DNA from: Eledone cirrhosa
Taxonomy: Eukaryota
Assembly: GCA_964016885.1 (NCBI GenBank)
Contig: OZ024743.1
Location: 374,418,001-374,482,000 of the forward strand
Direction: 5' to 3'
DNA length: 64,000 nucleotides
Of the stretch, positions 1 to 12,632 are shown piece by piece. The translations under genes were made by a program, and so were the position numbers. The notes under the pieces are model-generated. The model searched no databases and was not told the DNA's origin. It saw nothing but the letters and a program-made list of their open reading frames with translations. How positions within the stretch are numbered: position 1 is the first letter of the stretch; every line of letters starts with the position of its first letter.

Positions 1-126
1 GATAGGTCTATAGTTGGTAACATCATTACCCTTGATTCGGTCTTTCATTATCAGAACTGTGGTACCTTTTGTCAACCACTCTGGCACCTCACCCGACACC
101 AAGCAGTCATTGAACATGGCCGTCAG

Positions 127-127
<1 letters not shown>
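1..127 (-). mobile_element. 5' end of a truncated Dong-like copy running off the window edge
   Basis: Matches 2772-2898, including the same truncation junction GCCGTCAG|ATTATT. Confidence 0.9.
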
Positions 128-204
<77 letters not shown>

Positions 205-210
205 GTTGTT

Positions 211-681
211 ATTCCTTGAATCTCAGTCATTGATGTTGGTTAACTGGAAAGTCCGTTGGATTGAATATCAAGCCACTACCTGCAGCCTCAGATATTCAGG
301 ACGTATCGGAGGGTTCTTGCTGTTCCAAGAAAGCATGCCTTTTGAAGCGTTCCAAAAAGCGTGAAGGGGCCGATTTTCTTTAACCATCCCTGGAAACTTT
401 TGGAGATAGTCCCCAGTGCGCCTATGACAATCGGGATCACTTTGACTTCATGGCAGTTCCAAATCCTTTTCACCTCCCACTTTAGGTCCTGGTATCGGTT
501 AATTTTCTCCCTCTCCTTCTCTTGCACTCTCGTGTCGAACGGGCAGGCCACATCCACAATCAGGCACGATCTTTTTTCTTTGTCCACAACCACCAGGTCA
601 GGTCTATTGTGTTCCAGTTTTTTGACCGTCTGTATCCTAAAATCCCACAGCACCTTCACCTGATTGTTCTCCACCACCGCC

Positions 682-682
<1 letters not shown>
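211..682 (-). mobile_element. Short 5'-truncated Dong-like copy (endonuclease C-terminus + 3' UTR)
   Basis: ORF 288..677: WDFRIQT...[10 protein letters not shown]...IVDVACPFD...EKINRYQDL, the PD..D/K restriction-like endonuclease. Confidence 0.9.
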
Positions 683-742
<60 letters not shown>

Positions 743-828
743 GTTATTGTTATTCCTTGAATCTCAGTCATTGATGTTGGTTAACTGGAAAGTCCGTTGG
801 ATTGAATATCAAGCCACTACCTGCAGCC

Positions 829-2889
829 TCAGATATTCAGGACGTATCGGAGGGTTCTTGCCGTTCCAAGCAAGCATGCCTTTTGAAGCGTTTCAAAAAG
901 CGTGAAGGGGCCGATTTTCTTTAACCATCCCTGGAAACCTTTGGAGATAGCCCCCAGTGCGCCTATGACAATCGGGATCACTTTGACTTCATGGCAGTTC
1001 CAAATCCTTTTCACCTCCCACTTTAGGTCCTGGTATCGGTTAATTTTCTCCCTCTCCTTCTTTTGCACTCTCGTGTCGAACGGGCAGGCCACATCCACAA
1101 TCAGGCACGATCTTTTTTCTTTGTCCACAACCACCAGGTCAGGTCTATTGTGTTCCAGTTTTTTGTCCGTCTGTATCCTAAAATCCCACAGCACCTTCAC
1201 CTGACTGTTCTCCAACACCGCCTCTGGCCTATGCTCATACCATTTCTCAGAATGTGGTAGATTGTTTACTTTGCACAGGTGCCAGTGGATCACCCTGCCC
1301 ATCACATCGTGTCTCCAGCCCTTATAGTGGGTCTGGGCTAGGTGTTTACACTCGGACACAATGTGGGCCACAGTCTCCTCTCTCTCTCCACAGATCCTGC
1401 ACAGTGGGCTAGCCTCCTCCTTGTAGATATGGTGCTTCAACCACTTCGTTTTGAGGGCCTGCTCCTGCGCAGCCATTAGCATTCCTTCTGTAGCCTTTTT
1501 GAGGTCTCCTCTTCTCAACCAGTTCCATGTCTGTGGATCTCTAAATTCAGTTTTCTCAAAGAAGGTACTATGAAGGGATTTTCCCTTAAGGCTGCTCTTC
1601 CTCCTTGATGTTATTTCCTCCTTGGATATCCCCTGGCCTACTGTCCCCTCCTTCAGTACAGCTCTGAGCATTGGCTCCTTACTATAGGTCACGTATTTGT
1701 ATAGGTTGTTTTTCTCCATCTGAACACAGTCCTCTATGCTGATAAGACCTCTTCCACCCTCAGATCTCCTTAGGTAGAGTCTATCGACATCACTCCTCTT
1801 GTGGAACATGTTGTAGATAGTCAATAGCTTCCTAGTCTTCCTATCCATTTCTTTTTGTTCAGCAACATTCCATCTCAGAATTCCCGCACTGTACCTAATA
1901 ATAGACACAGCTCGGGAATTTACTGCGCTTATGGCATTTCTGCTGTTCAGATGTGACTTCAATACGCTCCTTACTCTCCGAATGTATTCAGTTCTTAACA
2001 ATTCCTTCATTTTTTTGTTCTTTATGCCATCAGCCTCCAGAACGCCCAAATACTTGTATCCTTCCTCAGAGTCAATTTCCTTTATCATCTCACCTGTTGG
2101 TATCTGGATTCCGTTACTTCTGCTCAACCTACCCCTCCTCATCACAATGACTCCACACTTACTAATACCAAACTGCATACATATATCACTGCTGAAAATA
2201 CGGACAGTGTCAACAAGCACATCCAACTCCTTCTCACTCTTCCCGAAGAGCTTAAGATCGTCCATGAAGAGGAGGTGATTGATGGTAAGCTCTCCCTTTC
2301 CCAACTTGTATCCTGCTCTCACTTTTCGCAGCATAATGGTCAAGGGCATCAGGGCAAGGACAAACAACAGAGGGGACAGGCTATCTCCCTGGAAGATACC
2401 TCTCTTGATCTTCACGCTTCCCAATGATTCTCCAGTTGATGTCAACTCTGTCTCCCAGGACCCCATACTCCTGCCCAGCAACTGTCTGATGTTATCTGCC
2501 ACCTTGAAGATCTCTAGGCTTTTGGTGATCCAAGAATGAGGCACCATGTCAAATGCCTTTCTGTAGTCTATCCATCCCATGGCAAGATCAGTGTGTCTCC
2601 TCCTGCAATTCCCCATTACCATCTTATCAATAAGTAACTGGTCCTTTGTACCACGTGACTTCTTTCGGCATCCTTTCTGTTCGTCCGGTAACAAGTTGTT
2701 TGTGTGGAGGTGATGGTAGATTTCCTCAGACACAATGCTCGTCAACAGTTTCCACATTACGGACAGACATGTGATAGGTCTATAGTTGGTAACATCATTA
2801 CCCTTGATTCGGTCTTTCATTATCAGAACTGTGGTACCTTTTGTCAACCACTCTGGCACCTCACCCGACACCAAGCAGTCATTGAACAT
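829..2889 (-). CDS. 5'-truncated R4/Dong-clade ORF, 686 aa (RT, CCHC zinc knuckle, restriction-like endonuclease); element 752-2898
   Basis: Motifs [79 protein letters not shown]. The frame is uninterrupted. Confidence 0.92.
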   Translation of the reverse strand: MFNDCLVSGEVPEWLTKGTTVLIMKDRIKGNDVTNYRPITCLSVMWKLLTSIVSEEIYHHLHTNNLLPDEQKGCRKKSRGTKDQLLIDKMVMGNCRRRHTDLAMGWIDYRKAFDMVPHSWITKSLEIFKVADNIRQLLGRSMGSWETELTSTGESLGSVKIKRGIFQGDSLSPLLFVLALMPLTIMLRKVRAGYKLGKGELTINHLLFMDDLKLFGKSEKELDVLVDTVRIFSSDICMQFGISKCGVIVMRRGRLSRSNGIQIPTGEMIKEIDSEEGYKYLGVLEADGIKNKKMKELLRTEYIRRVRSVLKSHLNSRNAISAVNSRAVSIIRYSAGILRWNVAEQKEMDRKTRKLLTIYNMFHKRSDVDRLYLRRSEGGRGLISIEDCVQMEKNNLYKYVTYSKEPMLRAVLKEGTVGQGISKEEITSRRKSSLKGKSLHSTFFEKTEFRDPQTWNWLRRGDLKKATEGMLMAAQEQALKTKWLKHHIYKEEASPLCRICGEREETVAHIVSECKHLAQTHYKGWRHDVMGRVIHWHLCKVNNLPHSEKWYEHRPEAVLENSQVKVLWDFRIQTDKKLEHNRPDLVVVDKEKRSCLIVDVACPFDTRVQKKEREKINRYQDLKWEVKRIWNCHEVKVIPIVIGALGAISKGFQGWLKKIGPFTLFETLQKACLLGTARTLRYVLNI

Positions 2890-2898
2890 GGCCGTCAG

Positions 2899-2985
<87 letters not shown>

Positions 2986-2991
2986 GTTGTT

Positions 2992-3462
2992 ATTCCTTGA
3001 ATCTCAGTCATTGATGTTGGTTAACTGGAAAGTCCGTTGGATTGAATATCAAGCCACTACCTGCAGCCTCAGATATTCAGGACGTATCGGAGGGTTCTTG
3101 CTGTTCCAAGAAAGCATGCCTTTTGAAGCGTTCCAAAAAGCGTGAAGGGGCCGATTTTCTTTAACCATCCCTGGAAACTTTTGGAGATAGTCCCCAGTGC
3201 GCCTATGACAATCGGGATCACTTTGACTTCATGGCAGTTCCAAATCCTTTTCACCTCCCACTTTAGGTCCTGGTATCGGTTAATTTTCTCCCTCTCCTTC
3301 TCTTGCACTCTCGTGTCGAACGGGCAGGCCACATCCACAATCAGGCACGATCTTTTTTCTTTGTCCACAACCACCAGGTCAGGTCTATTGTGTTCCAGTT
3401 TTTTGACCGTCTGTATCCTAAAATCCCACAGCACCTTCACCTGATTGTTCTCCACCACCGCC
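2992..3462 (-). mobile_element. Short 5'-truncated Dong-like copy, duplicate of 211-682
   Basis: Identical 129-aa translation and the same truncation point, offset 2781 bp. Confidence 0.9.
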
Positions 3463-3523
<61 letters not shown>

Positions 3524-3609
3524 GTTATTGTTATTCCTTGAATCTCAGTCATTGATGTTGGTTAACTGGAAAGTCCGTTGGATTGAATATCAAGCCACTA
3601 CCTGCAGCC

Positions 3610-6201
3610 TCAGATATTCAGGACGTATCGGAGGGTTCTTGCCGTTCCAAGCAAGCATGCCTTTTGAAGCGTTTCAAAAAGCGTGAAGGGGCCGATTTTC
3701 TTTAACCATCCCTGGAAACCTTTGGAGATAGCCCCCAGTGCGCCTATGACAATCGGGATCACTTTGACTTCATGGCAGTTCCAAATCCTTTTCACCTCCC
3801 ACTTTAGGTCCTGGTATCGGTTAATTTTCTCCCTCTCCTTCTTTTGCACTCTCGTGTCGAACGGGCAGGCCACATCCACAATCAGGCACGATCTTTTTTC
3901 TTTGTCCACAACCACCAGGTCAGGTCTATTGTGTTCCAGTTTTTTGTCCGTCTGTATCCTAAAATCCCACAGCACCTTCACCTGACTGTTCTCCATCACC
4001 GCCTCTGGCCTATGCTCATACCATTTCTCAGAATGTGGTAGATTGTTTACTTTGCACAGGTGCCAGTGGATCACCCTGCCCATCACATCGTGTCTCCAGC
4101 CCTTATAGTGGGTCTGGGCTAGGTGTTTACACTCGGACACAATGTGGGCCACAGTCTCCTCTCTCTCTCCACAGATCCTGCACAGTGGGCTAGCCTCCTC
4201 CTTGTAGATATGGTGCTTCAACCACTTCGTTTTGAGGGCCTGCTCCTGCGCAGCCATTAGCATTCCTTCTGTAGCCTTTTTGAGGTCTCCTCTTCTCAAC
4301 CAGTTCCATGTCTGTGGATCTCTAAATTCAGTTTTCTCAAAGAAGGTACTATGAAGGGATTTTCCCTTAAGGCTGCTCTTCCTCCTTGATGTTATTTCCT
4401 CCTTGGATATCCCCTGGCCTACTGTCCCCTCCTTCAGTACAGCTCTGAGCATTGGCTCCTTACTATAGGTCACGTATTTGTATAGGTTGTTTTTCTCCAT
4501 CTGAACACAGTCCTCTATGCTGATAAGACCTCTTCCACCCTCAGATCTCCTTAGGTAGAGTCTATCGACATCACTCCTCTTGTGGAACATGTTGTAGATA
4601 GTCAATAGCTTCCTAGTCTTCCTATCCATTTCTTTTTGTTCAGCAACATTCCATCTCAGAATTCCCGCACTGTACCTAATAATAGACACAGCTCGGGAAT
4701 TTACTGCGCTTATGGCATTTCTGCTGTTCAGATGTGACTTCAATACGCTCCTTACTCTCCGAATGTATTCAGTTCTTAACAATTCCTTCATTTTTTTGTT
4801 CTTTATGCCATCAGCCTCCAGAACGCCCAAATACTTGTATCCTTCCTCAGAGTCAATTTCCTTTATCATCTCACCTGTTGGTATCTGGATCCCGTTACTT
4901 CTGCTCAACCTACCCCTCCTCATCACAATGACTCCACATTTACCAATACCAAACTGCATACATATATCACTGCTGAAAATACGGACAGTGTCAACAAGCA
5001 CATCCAACTCCTTCTCACTTTTCCCGAAGAGCTTAAGATCGTCCATGAAGAGGAGGTGATTGATGGTAAGCTCTCCCCTTCCCAACTTGTATCCTGCTCT
5101 CACTTTTCGCAGCATAATGGTCAAGGGCATCAGGGCAAGGACAAACAACAGAGGGGACAGGCTATCTCCCTGGAAGATACCTCTCTTGATCTTCACGCTT
5201 CCCAAGGATACTCCAGTTGATGTCAACTCTGTCTCCCAGGACCCCATACTCCTGCCCAGCAACTGTCTGATGTTATCTGCCACCCTGAAGATCTCCAGGC
5301 TTTTGGTGATCCAGGAATGAGGCACCATGTCAAATGCCTTTCTGTAGTCTATCCATCCCATGGCAAGATCAGTGTGTCTCCTCCTGCAATTCCCCATTAC
5401 CATCTTATCAATAAGCAACTGGTCCTTTGTACCACGTGACTTCTTTCGGCATCCTTTCTGTTCGTCCGGTAACAAGTTGTTTGTGTGGAGGTGATGGTAG
5501 ATTTCCTCAGACACAATGCTCGTCAACAGTTTCCACATTACGGGCAGACATGTGATAGGTCTATAGTTGGTAACATCATTACCCTTGCTTCGGTCTTTCA
5601 TTATCAGAACTGTGGTACCTTTTGTCAACCACTCTGGCACCTCACCCGACACCAAGCAGTCATTGAACATGGCCGTCAGCTTCGGGTGGAGGGATGTTAA
5701 ATGTTTAATCCAATACCCCTGCACACCATCTAGGCCTGGTGATTTCCAGTTGGTTAGTTTTTTGGCTTGCCCCTTAAGAGTTTCAACTGTGATACTCAAA
5801 TCAGTCTGTTGTTGTGCCTGCTCACCGATCTCCCTCTGTACTGTCTCAATCCACCCTGCCTGGGCATTGTGTCTAACATCCTGCTCCCATATTCCTCTCC
5901 AGAATGTTTTAGCTTGTTCCGCCCCAGGGATCAAGTCGTTTCCTCTTTCTTTCCCCTCAAGCTGTCCAAACAGCATCTTCTGGTTGTTGTCGAACATGCG
6001 GTTCTGTTTATACTGACTGACTCTGTTCTCGTATCGCCTGATTTTGGCACTCTTTGCTACAATGCGTTGCTTCAATTCCTCTATGATAATATTTAGCTTT
6101 TTACTCCTAGTTTTGTATTTTATTTCCAGTCTATTTTTAGTGCCTATGTTTTTTAGTGTCCCATTCAGTAGTGACTCAAGCTTTCCTATGTCATTTCTCA
6201 T
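3610..6201 (-). CDS. Longest R4/Dong-clade ORF, 863 aa, still 5'-truncated; element 3533-6271
   Basis: Same motifs as 829..2889 plus upstream QYKQNRMF and NWKSPGLDGVQGYWIK. A 14-bp tandem duplication (CTGCTCTTTCTTGT x2) sits at the 5' junction with (TTA)n. Confidence 0.92.
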   Translation of the reverse strand: MRNDIGKLESLLNGTLKNIGTKNRLEIKYKTRSKKLNIIIEELKQRIVAKSAKIRRYENRVSQYKQNRMFDNNQKMLFGQLEGKERGNDLIPGAEQAKTFWRGIWEQDVRHNAQAGWIETVQREIGEQAQQQTDLSITVETLKGQAKKLTNWKSPGLDGVQGYWIKHLTSLHPKLTAMFNDCLVSGEVPEWLTKGTTVLIMKDRSKGNDVTNYRPITCLPVMWKLLTSIVSEEIYHHLHTNNLLPDEQKGCRKKSRGTKDQLLIDKMVMGNCRRRHTDLAMGWIDYRKAFDMVPHSWITKSLEIFRVADNIRQLLGRSMGSWETELTSTGVSLGSVKIKRGIFQGDSLSPLLFVLALMPLTIMLRKVRAGYKLGRGELTINHLLFMDDLKLFGKSEKELDVLVDTVRIFSSDICMQFGIGKCGVIVMRRGRLSRSNGIQIPTGEMIKEIDSEEGYKYLGVLEADGIKNKKMKELLRTEYIRRVRSVLKSHLNSRNAISAVNSRAVSIIRYSAGILRWNVAEQKEMDRKTRKLLTIYNMFHKRSDVDRLYLRRSEGGRGLISIEDCVQMEKNNLYKYVTYSKEPMLRAVLKEGTVGQGISKEEITSRRKSSLKGKSLHSTFFEKTEFRDPQTWNWLRRGDLKKATEGMLMAAQEQALKTKWLKHHIYKEEASPLCRICGEREETVAHIVSECKHLAQTHYKGWRHDVMGRVIHWHLCKVNNLPHSEKWYEHRPEAVMENSQVKVLWDFRIQTDKKLEHNRPDLVVVDKEKRSCLIVDVACPFDTRVQKKEREKINRYQDLKWEVKRIWNCHEVKVIPIVIGALGAISKGFQGWLKKIGPFTLFETLQKACLLGTARTLRYVLNI

Positions 6202-6271
6202 TTCCCCGATTTGCCCACTCAGTCGCTTCTTCCACCACGGCTCTGCTCTTTCTTGTCTGCTCTTTCTTGTC

Positions 6272-6360
<89 letters not shown>

Positions 6361-6372
6361 GTTATTGTTATT

Positions 6373-7127
6373 ACTCTTTGAGTCTCAGTCATTGATGTTA
6401 GTTAACTGGAAAGTTTGTTGAGATGAATATCAAGCCACTACCTGCAGCCTCAGATATTCAGGACGCATCGGAGGGTTCTTGCTGTTCCCAGCAAGCATGC
6501 CTTTTGAAGCATTCCAAAAAGCGTGAAGGGGCCAATTTTCTTTAACCATCCCTGGAAACTTTTTGAGATGGTCCCTAGTGCGCCTATGGCAATCGGGACC
6601 ACTTTGACTTCATGGCAGTTCCAAATCCTTTTTACCTCCCACTTTAAGTCCTGGTATCGGTTAATTTTCTCCCTCTTCTTCTCTTGCACTCTCGTGTCGA
6701 ATGGGAAGGCCACATCCACAATCAGGCACGATCTTTTTTCTTTGTCCAAAACCACCAGGTCAGGTCTATTGTGTTCCAGTTTGTATCCAGTCCGTCTGTA
6801 TCCTAAAATCCCACAGCACCTTCACCTGATCGTTTTCTATCACCGCCTCTGGCTTATGCTCATACCACTTCTCAGAATGTAGTAAATTGTTTACTTTGCA
6901 TAGGTGCCAGTGGATCACCCTGCCCATCACATCATGTCTCCAGCCCTTATAGTGGGTCTGGGCTAGGTGTTTACACTCGGATACAATGTGAGCCACAGTC
7001 TCCCCTCTCTCTCCACAGATCCTGCACAGTGGGCTAGCCTCCTCCTTGTAAATGTGGTGTTTCAACCACTTCGTTTTGAGGGCCTGCTCCTGCGCAGCCA
7101 TTAACATTCCTTCTGTTGCCTTTTTAA
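6373..7127 (-). pseudogene. Older, frameshifted 5'-truncated Dong-like copy
   Basis: ORFs 6766..7107 and 6450..6755 are consecutive pieces of the same protein, split by an indel near 6780. More substitutions than the other copies. Confidence 0.88.
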
Positions 7128-7181
<54 letters not shown>

Positions 7182-7588
7182 TAAAACCCTTAGCGAAAAC
7201 AAGATACATATTTCCAAGTCCTACTTGTTTGCGATTGACGCCTGTAGCGAAGTCAGGTATTATATCACTTTGAAACCTGTTTATGGAGCACTCATGAGGT
7301 TTCCTGCTTTATGATTCATCCTTGACGTCTTTTGAGAAATGTTTATATTATTAGCTCTGATTACAGGTAAAGCTGAACTTATTGATGTGCACTGCTGTGG
7401 GCATTCTACACTTCAATGTCGGAGATATGAATTGTGTGAAGTTTCCATCCAATTTTGACACCTCATTACTTAAAGCTTTATAGTCGTAAGGGTATAAAAC
7501 TTGGGCAAATTCCGATTTCTCATATTTATTCCCAACTGACGACGGATCTGGTTGTATCTTTATGGATGTAGCTTGCTCCCTAATACAC

Positions 7589-7814
<226 letters not shown>

Positions 7815-8543
7815 GTGTGTGTGAATGTGTTTCGGTGTGTACAGAAATAGGTGTAAAATATCAATCAATTCACACTTTACCATCGTAAGTGTTTAGGCCC
7901 GGCCGATTAAACGTATTCCCGTAATTATTTAGTGTAAAGTTTCTTAATATTTTAAAATGAAATCACTGCCTCCATCTCTCTCGCTCTCCTCATGTCTCAC
8001 TGTTATAAGTAAATGGGAAACCCGTAGGCTGGTCGCCTCATGGTCCCGGCGAACAGAGTTGTGTCGTCGTTTAACCGACATGCGTTGAGACGGCTCCAAC
8101 GAGTGAGTTCACAGCATTAGAAACAAATGGATCTGTGATCTTGACCAAAGATAGCTACGAAGAGCCGACATAATACAGCAAGCGTGTGGTCATCTTTATC
8201 CTTGGTCCAAGAAAGTAAAGATAGTGCCGAGGTACTTGAATTAATCGATGTCTTCTAGAATCTTACCACTGAATATGACGGTGATCCTTTCAGAAGGTAA
8301 GATACCAGTAGACTTCATTGTTGTCTTGGCTATATTGACATTTTAGTAGCGTGTGACGCATCACACACACACACACATACGCACATGCATACACACACAC
8401 CCATACACACAGCTTTTCAACGTAATGTTTCTAGATTCGGTAATGCCGAGTTGGATGGGAGGGACTAAACTTTCATTGCTTTAAAAAATTGCTCCATATG
8501 GCATCTGTAACCTGGTTACTTCTGCCATCTTTATGTATATCTT

Positions 8544-8576
<33 letters not shown>

Positions 8577-8644
8577 CAGAGACAGAGAGAGAGAGAGAGA
8601 GAGACAGAGAGAGAGAGAAAGTGAGAGAAAGAGAGGGGAGGGGG

Positions 8645-8820
8645 AGATCGGCAGTATCAGTAGAGGGTCTGACGCCATGCTTTGCAGCAAAGAGTTACAG
8701 CCCTTTATGGTCTGAGTTCAAATCCCGCCGAGGTTAACTTTGCCTTTCATCCTTACGGGGTCGATAAAATATAGTACCAGTAATAATTGCTGCCTTGTGC
8801 CAAAAGTAGAAACAATTATT
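8645..8820 (+). mobile_element. tRNA-derived SINE
   Basis: A-box-like TCGGCAGTATCAG, B-box GAGTTCAAATCC and conserved body GCCTTTCATCCTTACGGGGTCGATAAAAT..AGTACCAGT. More than 10 related copies occur in the window. Confidence 0.8.
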
Positions 8821-9310
8821 TTCCTTAGAAGTGTTTCACTCGTTGTCTTTGTCAAAACCACTCGCAGTTACATAATGATTAAACAACGATAGGGTTCGAT
8901 CTCCTCACGCATACGTTACGCTGGTACCACTAAATAGGGTTGTGTGTAAAGGCGAAGGTACGGCTTATAACCGTTCAAACTGTTTGTCTAAAAATTCCAG
9001 TATACGTCTGCTCCAAGATCAGTGATGGTGCTGACCTCTGAATAGATGTCTGTTTTGGTAGTTTGGGGAGAAAATATAATTAATGGGGGGTGGGGCCATG
9101 GTCCCCTCTCCCCCAGTTCCACCGACCCTATATATATATATATATTTATAAACCTTAATAATGAAGATCACGAAAATGTGTATTCAGTAATACAGTAGAA
9201 ACATTGATAGATTCTTTATTTTAAAAAAGACCTTTTCTTGTTTCTCTGGTGTTCATCCCTTGTATTCAAATACATAGTATTTGAAACTTAGTAAAAAATA
9301 TCCAAAGTTA

Positions 9311-9353
9311 CCGATGAGTTGGCGTATTTCAATACGCTATCGAAACGCGCGTA
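9311..9353 (+). ncRNA. Hammerhead-like motif with CCGAUGA core in a (TA)n-flanked fragment (about 9150-9392)
   Basis: CCGATGA, stem II TGGCGTATT/AATACGCTA, GAAAC-GCGC-GTA palindromic stem III. Stem I pairs poorly. Confidence 0.5.
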
Positions 9354-9391
9354 TTCGTATTATGTAATTGGTGTAGTGAATTAACTTAACA

Positions 9392-9443
<52 letters not shown>

Positions 9444-9444
9444 A

Positions 9445-9576
9445 AAGAGTCAGGACACCGACGGCTGAGTTCCGGCCGTTTCGACAGCTAGGTCGGTCCG
9501 AAGTAAGCCACCAGTAAGTATTGATTACTCTGGTGCGTTATGGTCCACCTGGTATCTTACTGTGCCCTCTTTGTTA
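9445..9576. mobile_element. Collapsed copy of the miniature fold-back family seen at 24435, 25144, 56412 and 62237
   Basis: GACGGCTGAG..GCCGTTTCGAC arm joined to the tail TGGTGCGTTATGGTCCACCTGG; flanked by (TA)n. Confidence 0.7.
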
Positions 9577-10170
9577 TATATATATATATATATATATATT
9601 ATGAGTTTCTTTAAAATAAAGAGAAAAGACAACTGACAGACAAATGAAGTTATTAAAAGAAAAAGAAAACATTAAAAAAGGTAACACAAAAATCTTAACA
9701 AGAATGACAAAAATAAAATAAACGTCTTAAATAAGAAACACAATCTTATGTAAAGCAGATAAGAACCGTAAATACGTTAGCCATAATAAGCAATGGCTGG
9801 CGTAATGTTTACCACATACAGTCAGGTGATTTATGAATGACCATGCCAAGAAACCGATATTTTACTCCTCTTTGAAGGAGAAATGTAACTGAAAAAGCTA
9901 AATTACAGACAAAACAAAAATATGATGTAAAATGTTTAAAGATTTCTTTCAAAATATAAATAAAAACAAAACTGTAATATTTTTACGGGTTTGATTGATG
10001 TTGGATGGTTGAAATGACTCGCCATGTCTTTATGTTTCAGTAGTTTTTACTTTATTACCTCTTAATTATGTTGTAAATGGAATCTAGAAGATCAAGGAAA
10101 AAGCCGAATGAATGAAAAAATTTGAAGTCTATATTGACATAGAATTATTCTGTAGAGGAGGTGGCTTGCT

Positions 10171-10250
10171 TGTATGTATGTATGTATGTATGTATGTATG
10201 TATGTATGTATGTATGTATGTATGTATGTATGTATGTATGTATGTATGTA
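10171..10250. repeat. (TATG)n microsatellite
   Basis: Direct reading. Confidence 0.95.
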
Positions 10251-10409
10251 TGGATGGATTGACTCATAACACCAGATGGAATCGTAAGAGCACCGTTGTG
10301 ACACATGGCGTGTCATAGGCACTTTAAACTTAGCAGTTAGCTCATCTTTTCTCCATGTCTTAAGATTTCATCAAGACAAGAAGAAGAAGAAGAAGAAGAA
10401 GAAGAAGAA

Positions 10410-10810
10410 TCGACCTTAGTAGTGGACTGGTATATTTTAATCAATCCCGAGAGAATAAAAAGAAAAGATGACCTCGGTGAGATTTGAGCTGAAAGAGTGC
10501 AGAGGAGCGGGAACGAATGCTGCAAATCATTCTAGCCGACGTTCTAAAATTCTGCCAATTCACCGCTTTCGATTTAGCTTCAGAAAATTGAAGCACCATC
10601 TCTACAAATGCACAGAAGTGACTTTTATTTATAACGACAGTTTATAACGTAGCTATAAAGGGGTATTTCAACACAGAAGACAAAGCGCCGTAAGGCATCT
10701 CACCCGAAGCTGTGATGATTTTGCAAATCCATCAACTTAGACTACTTTATTTATTAATCCCAGAAGGATGAAAAGATGAAAGTCGGGATTTGAACCCAGA
10801 AAGCAAGGAG
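10410..10810 (-). mobile_element. Two degenerate SINE copies
   Basis: Reverse-strand remnants GACCTCGGTGAGATTTGAGCT and GAAGGATGAAA..GGGATTTGAACCCAGA. Confidence 0.5.
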
Positions 10811-11497
10811 CAGTAATAAATACCAGCCTCTATAGTTTCTGTTAAGATAACCTGCTGGTGTAAGAATTCTATACATATGTAGATATAATTTAGGTCAATT
10901 TGCATTGGCTAAATTTTTTTCTAAGGCAACGACGTTAGAACATAAGATAAAATACTTTGCAGCATTCGTTCCGGCTCTCTGTGCTCCGAGTTCACCTTAT
11001 GCTGAGGGCACCCATTCTTCCTCTATATCTCTTTCTTACTTCCTCTCTCTCACCCTGTCTCCTCTGCTTGTAACATACCAGCTGGTTTCAGACCTGGAAA
11101 AAGATGAACTCCGGCAGGTTTAAGACACGCAGAGGTAATCCATTATCTCTATACAAACCTCCTTCTCAGAATGAAAGCTTCATTGATAATCTATTCAGGG
11201 TGGATTATACTACGAACGTCTGTCGACTCCTTTGGAATATTTGTTGATCCATATACTAAATAGAGTAAATAAGATAAAACTTCTGTCAGACACTGAAATA
11301 CATATAACATGTTTAATAAATGTACACGCGTTTAATAAATGCTGTTAATTAATACAACCTAGTATTCTACATTTAAATGAAATACAATCTTTTTACTTGG
11401 TAAAGAATGTAACCAGAATGTATCTTACTTAGTGTCTTGGTGTCTTAGTGTGCTTCAATTGAGGCTTTCGTAAGTATGTAAGTATGTATACACCCCC

Positions 11498-11552
<55 letters not shown>

Positions 11553-11794
11553 AGAGTTAAACAAGATTCATTGAGTACATCAAAGAATGAGTTTTACAAT
11601 ATATATATATATAACTCTCTCTCTATATATATAACTCTATATATATAACTCTAAAATCTGATGGAGTAGTGACTTAAGACTCTCTTCCTGCTATCTAGCG
11701 TTAAACTAATATACTACTTCCATGTACTGTGCTGTTTGTGTTGCTATTTCTGTTTACCTTTTACACACACACACACACACGCCTACACACATAA

Positions 11795-11827
<33 letters not shown>

Positions 11828-12513
11828 CACGTTCTTACACACATACAAAATGTAATATCGGTTTCGGCTTCAGATGTAAACAAATACCATTAAAAACAAT
11901 TTGTAAAGAGAAATGTCCGTTGTATGACAGTTAGCTTCTAATGACTTGTAGACGCATGCGCGTCTTTTCTGCTGCTTTTCTTTTGACAATCTTTATCTTT
12001 ATCTCTTTCTCGTCTGTGTTTGATTTATAACAGCGTATTTAATAATAAAAACAAAGCTCAAACATAACAAAGAGTATAAGACTGTATTGTCTACTATACC
12101 TGAAGCGACTTTCGCTATGAGACAGGAAGATAGATAGACAGTAGACAGACAGTCAGGCAGACAAACAAAATGGCTAACAGAAAACTAAACACGTTACACT
12201 GGTTTCAATAAGTTCCTTTTACTGATACTTATTGAAATATAAAAAGAAGAAAAAAAACAACAACCCTTAAAACACGATAAAAGCAACAGAAGAAAAACGA
12301 AGAAAACTAATAGATGTAATATTTACATTTCTTCGTTTACGACGACAAATCTATTTGGAGATTTTACAGTCATCATATTAATTTCAGCTAATACCCAAAT
12401 GGTGTTGCCATATTTCCTCTCAAACGTCTTGAATCAACAAGCGAATACATTAGATTTTCATTCTGTAACAAAGCTGTAGATTAGTTTGTCTGTACTTGAA
12501 ACGTCGACTTCTG

Positions 12514-12545
<32 letters not shown>

Positions 12546-12585
12546 ATGAAATATAAGAATCAAAGAACTGTTCAAAACATTATTG

Positions 12586-12632
12586 TGCTTACAGCTGTTT
12601 CCTCCAAACCGAGGTTTGGATTCTTCGGAGCA
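12586..12632 (-). ncRNA. Hammerhead motif (CCGAAGA core), inverted-arm copy
   Basis: Reverse complement of 16150-16196. Confidence 0.65.

Larger units (their letters stand above)
1..7181 (-). mobile_element. Tandem array of six 5'-truncated R4/Dong-clade non-LTR retrotransposon copies, each separated by (TAA)n microsatellite
   Basis: The same 3' end (stop + ~80-nt UTR ending ...GAGATTCAAGGAAT then AAC/AAT repeats) recurs at ~211, 752, 2992, 3533 and, diverged, at 6373. Every junction is a (TTA)n run. Proteins carry RT motifs and the RLE motif. (TAA)n targeting is the known habit of Dong elements. Confidence 0.92.

Noticed and set aside
14-6421. Plus-strand ORFs with poly-Leu/Ile/Tyr
   Set aside because: Antisense shadows of the Dong ORF running through (TTA)n.
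1-7181. Repeat-spacer periodicity resembling CRISPR or a telomeric retrotransposon array
   Set aside because: The spacers are homologous retroelement pieces and the repeats are (TAA)n, not a CRISPR repeat or TTAGGG. No cas genes; eukaryotic context.
7351-7590. Non-repetitive tail of ORF 7351..7716
   Set aside because: No motif recognised; the ORF start comes from the (GA)n repeat.
8645-8730. tRNA gene suggested by A/B boxes
   Set aside because: No cloverleaf; it is the head of a multi-copy SINE.
11040-11140. Possible small host exon (pyrimidine tract, CAG, downstream GT); similar hints near 8290 and 61825
   Set aside because: No recognisable protein and no way to link exons without transcripts.
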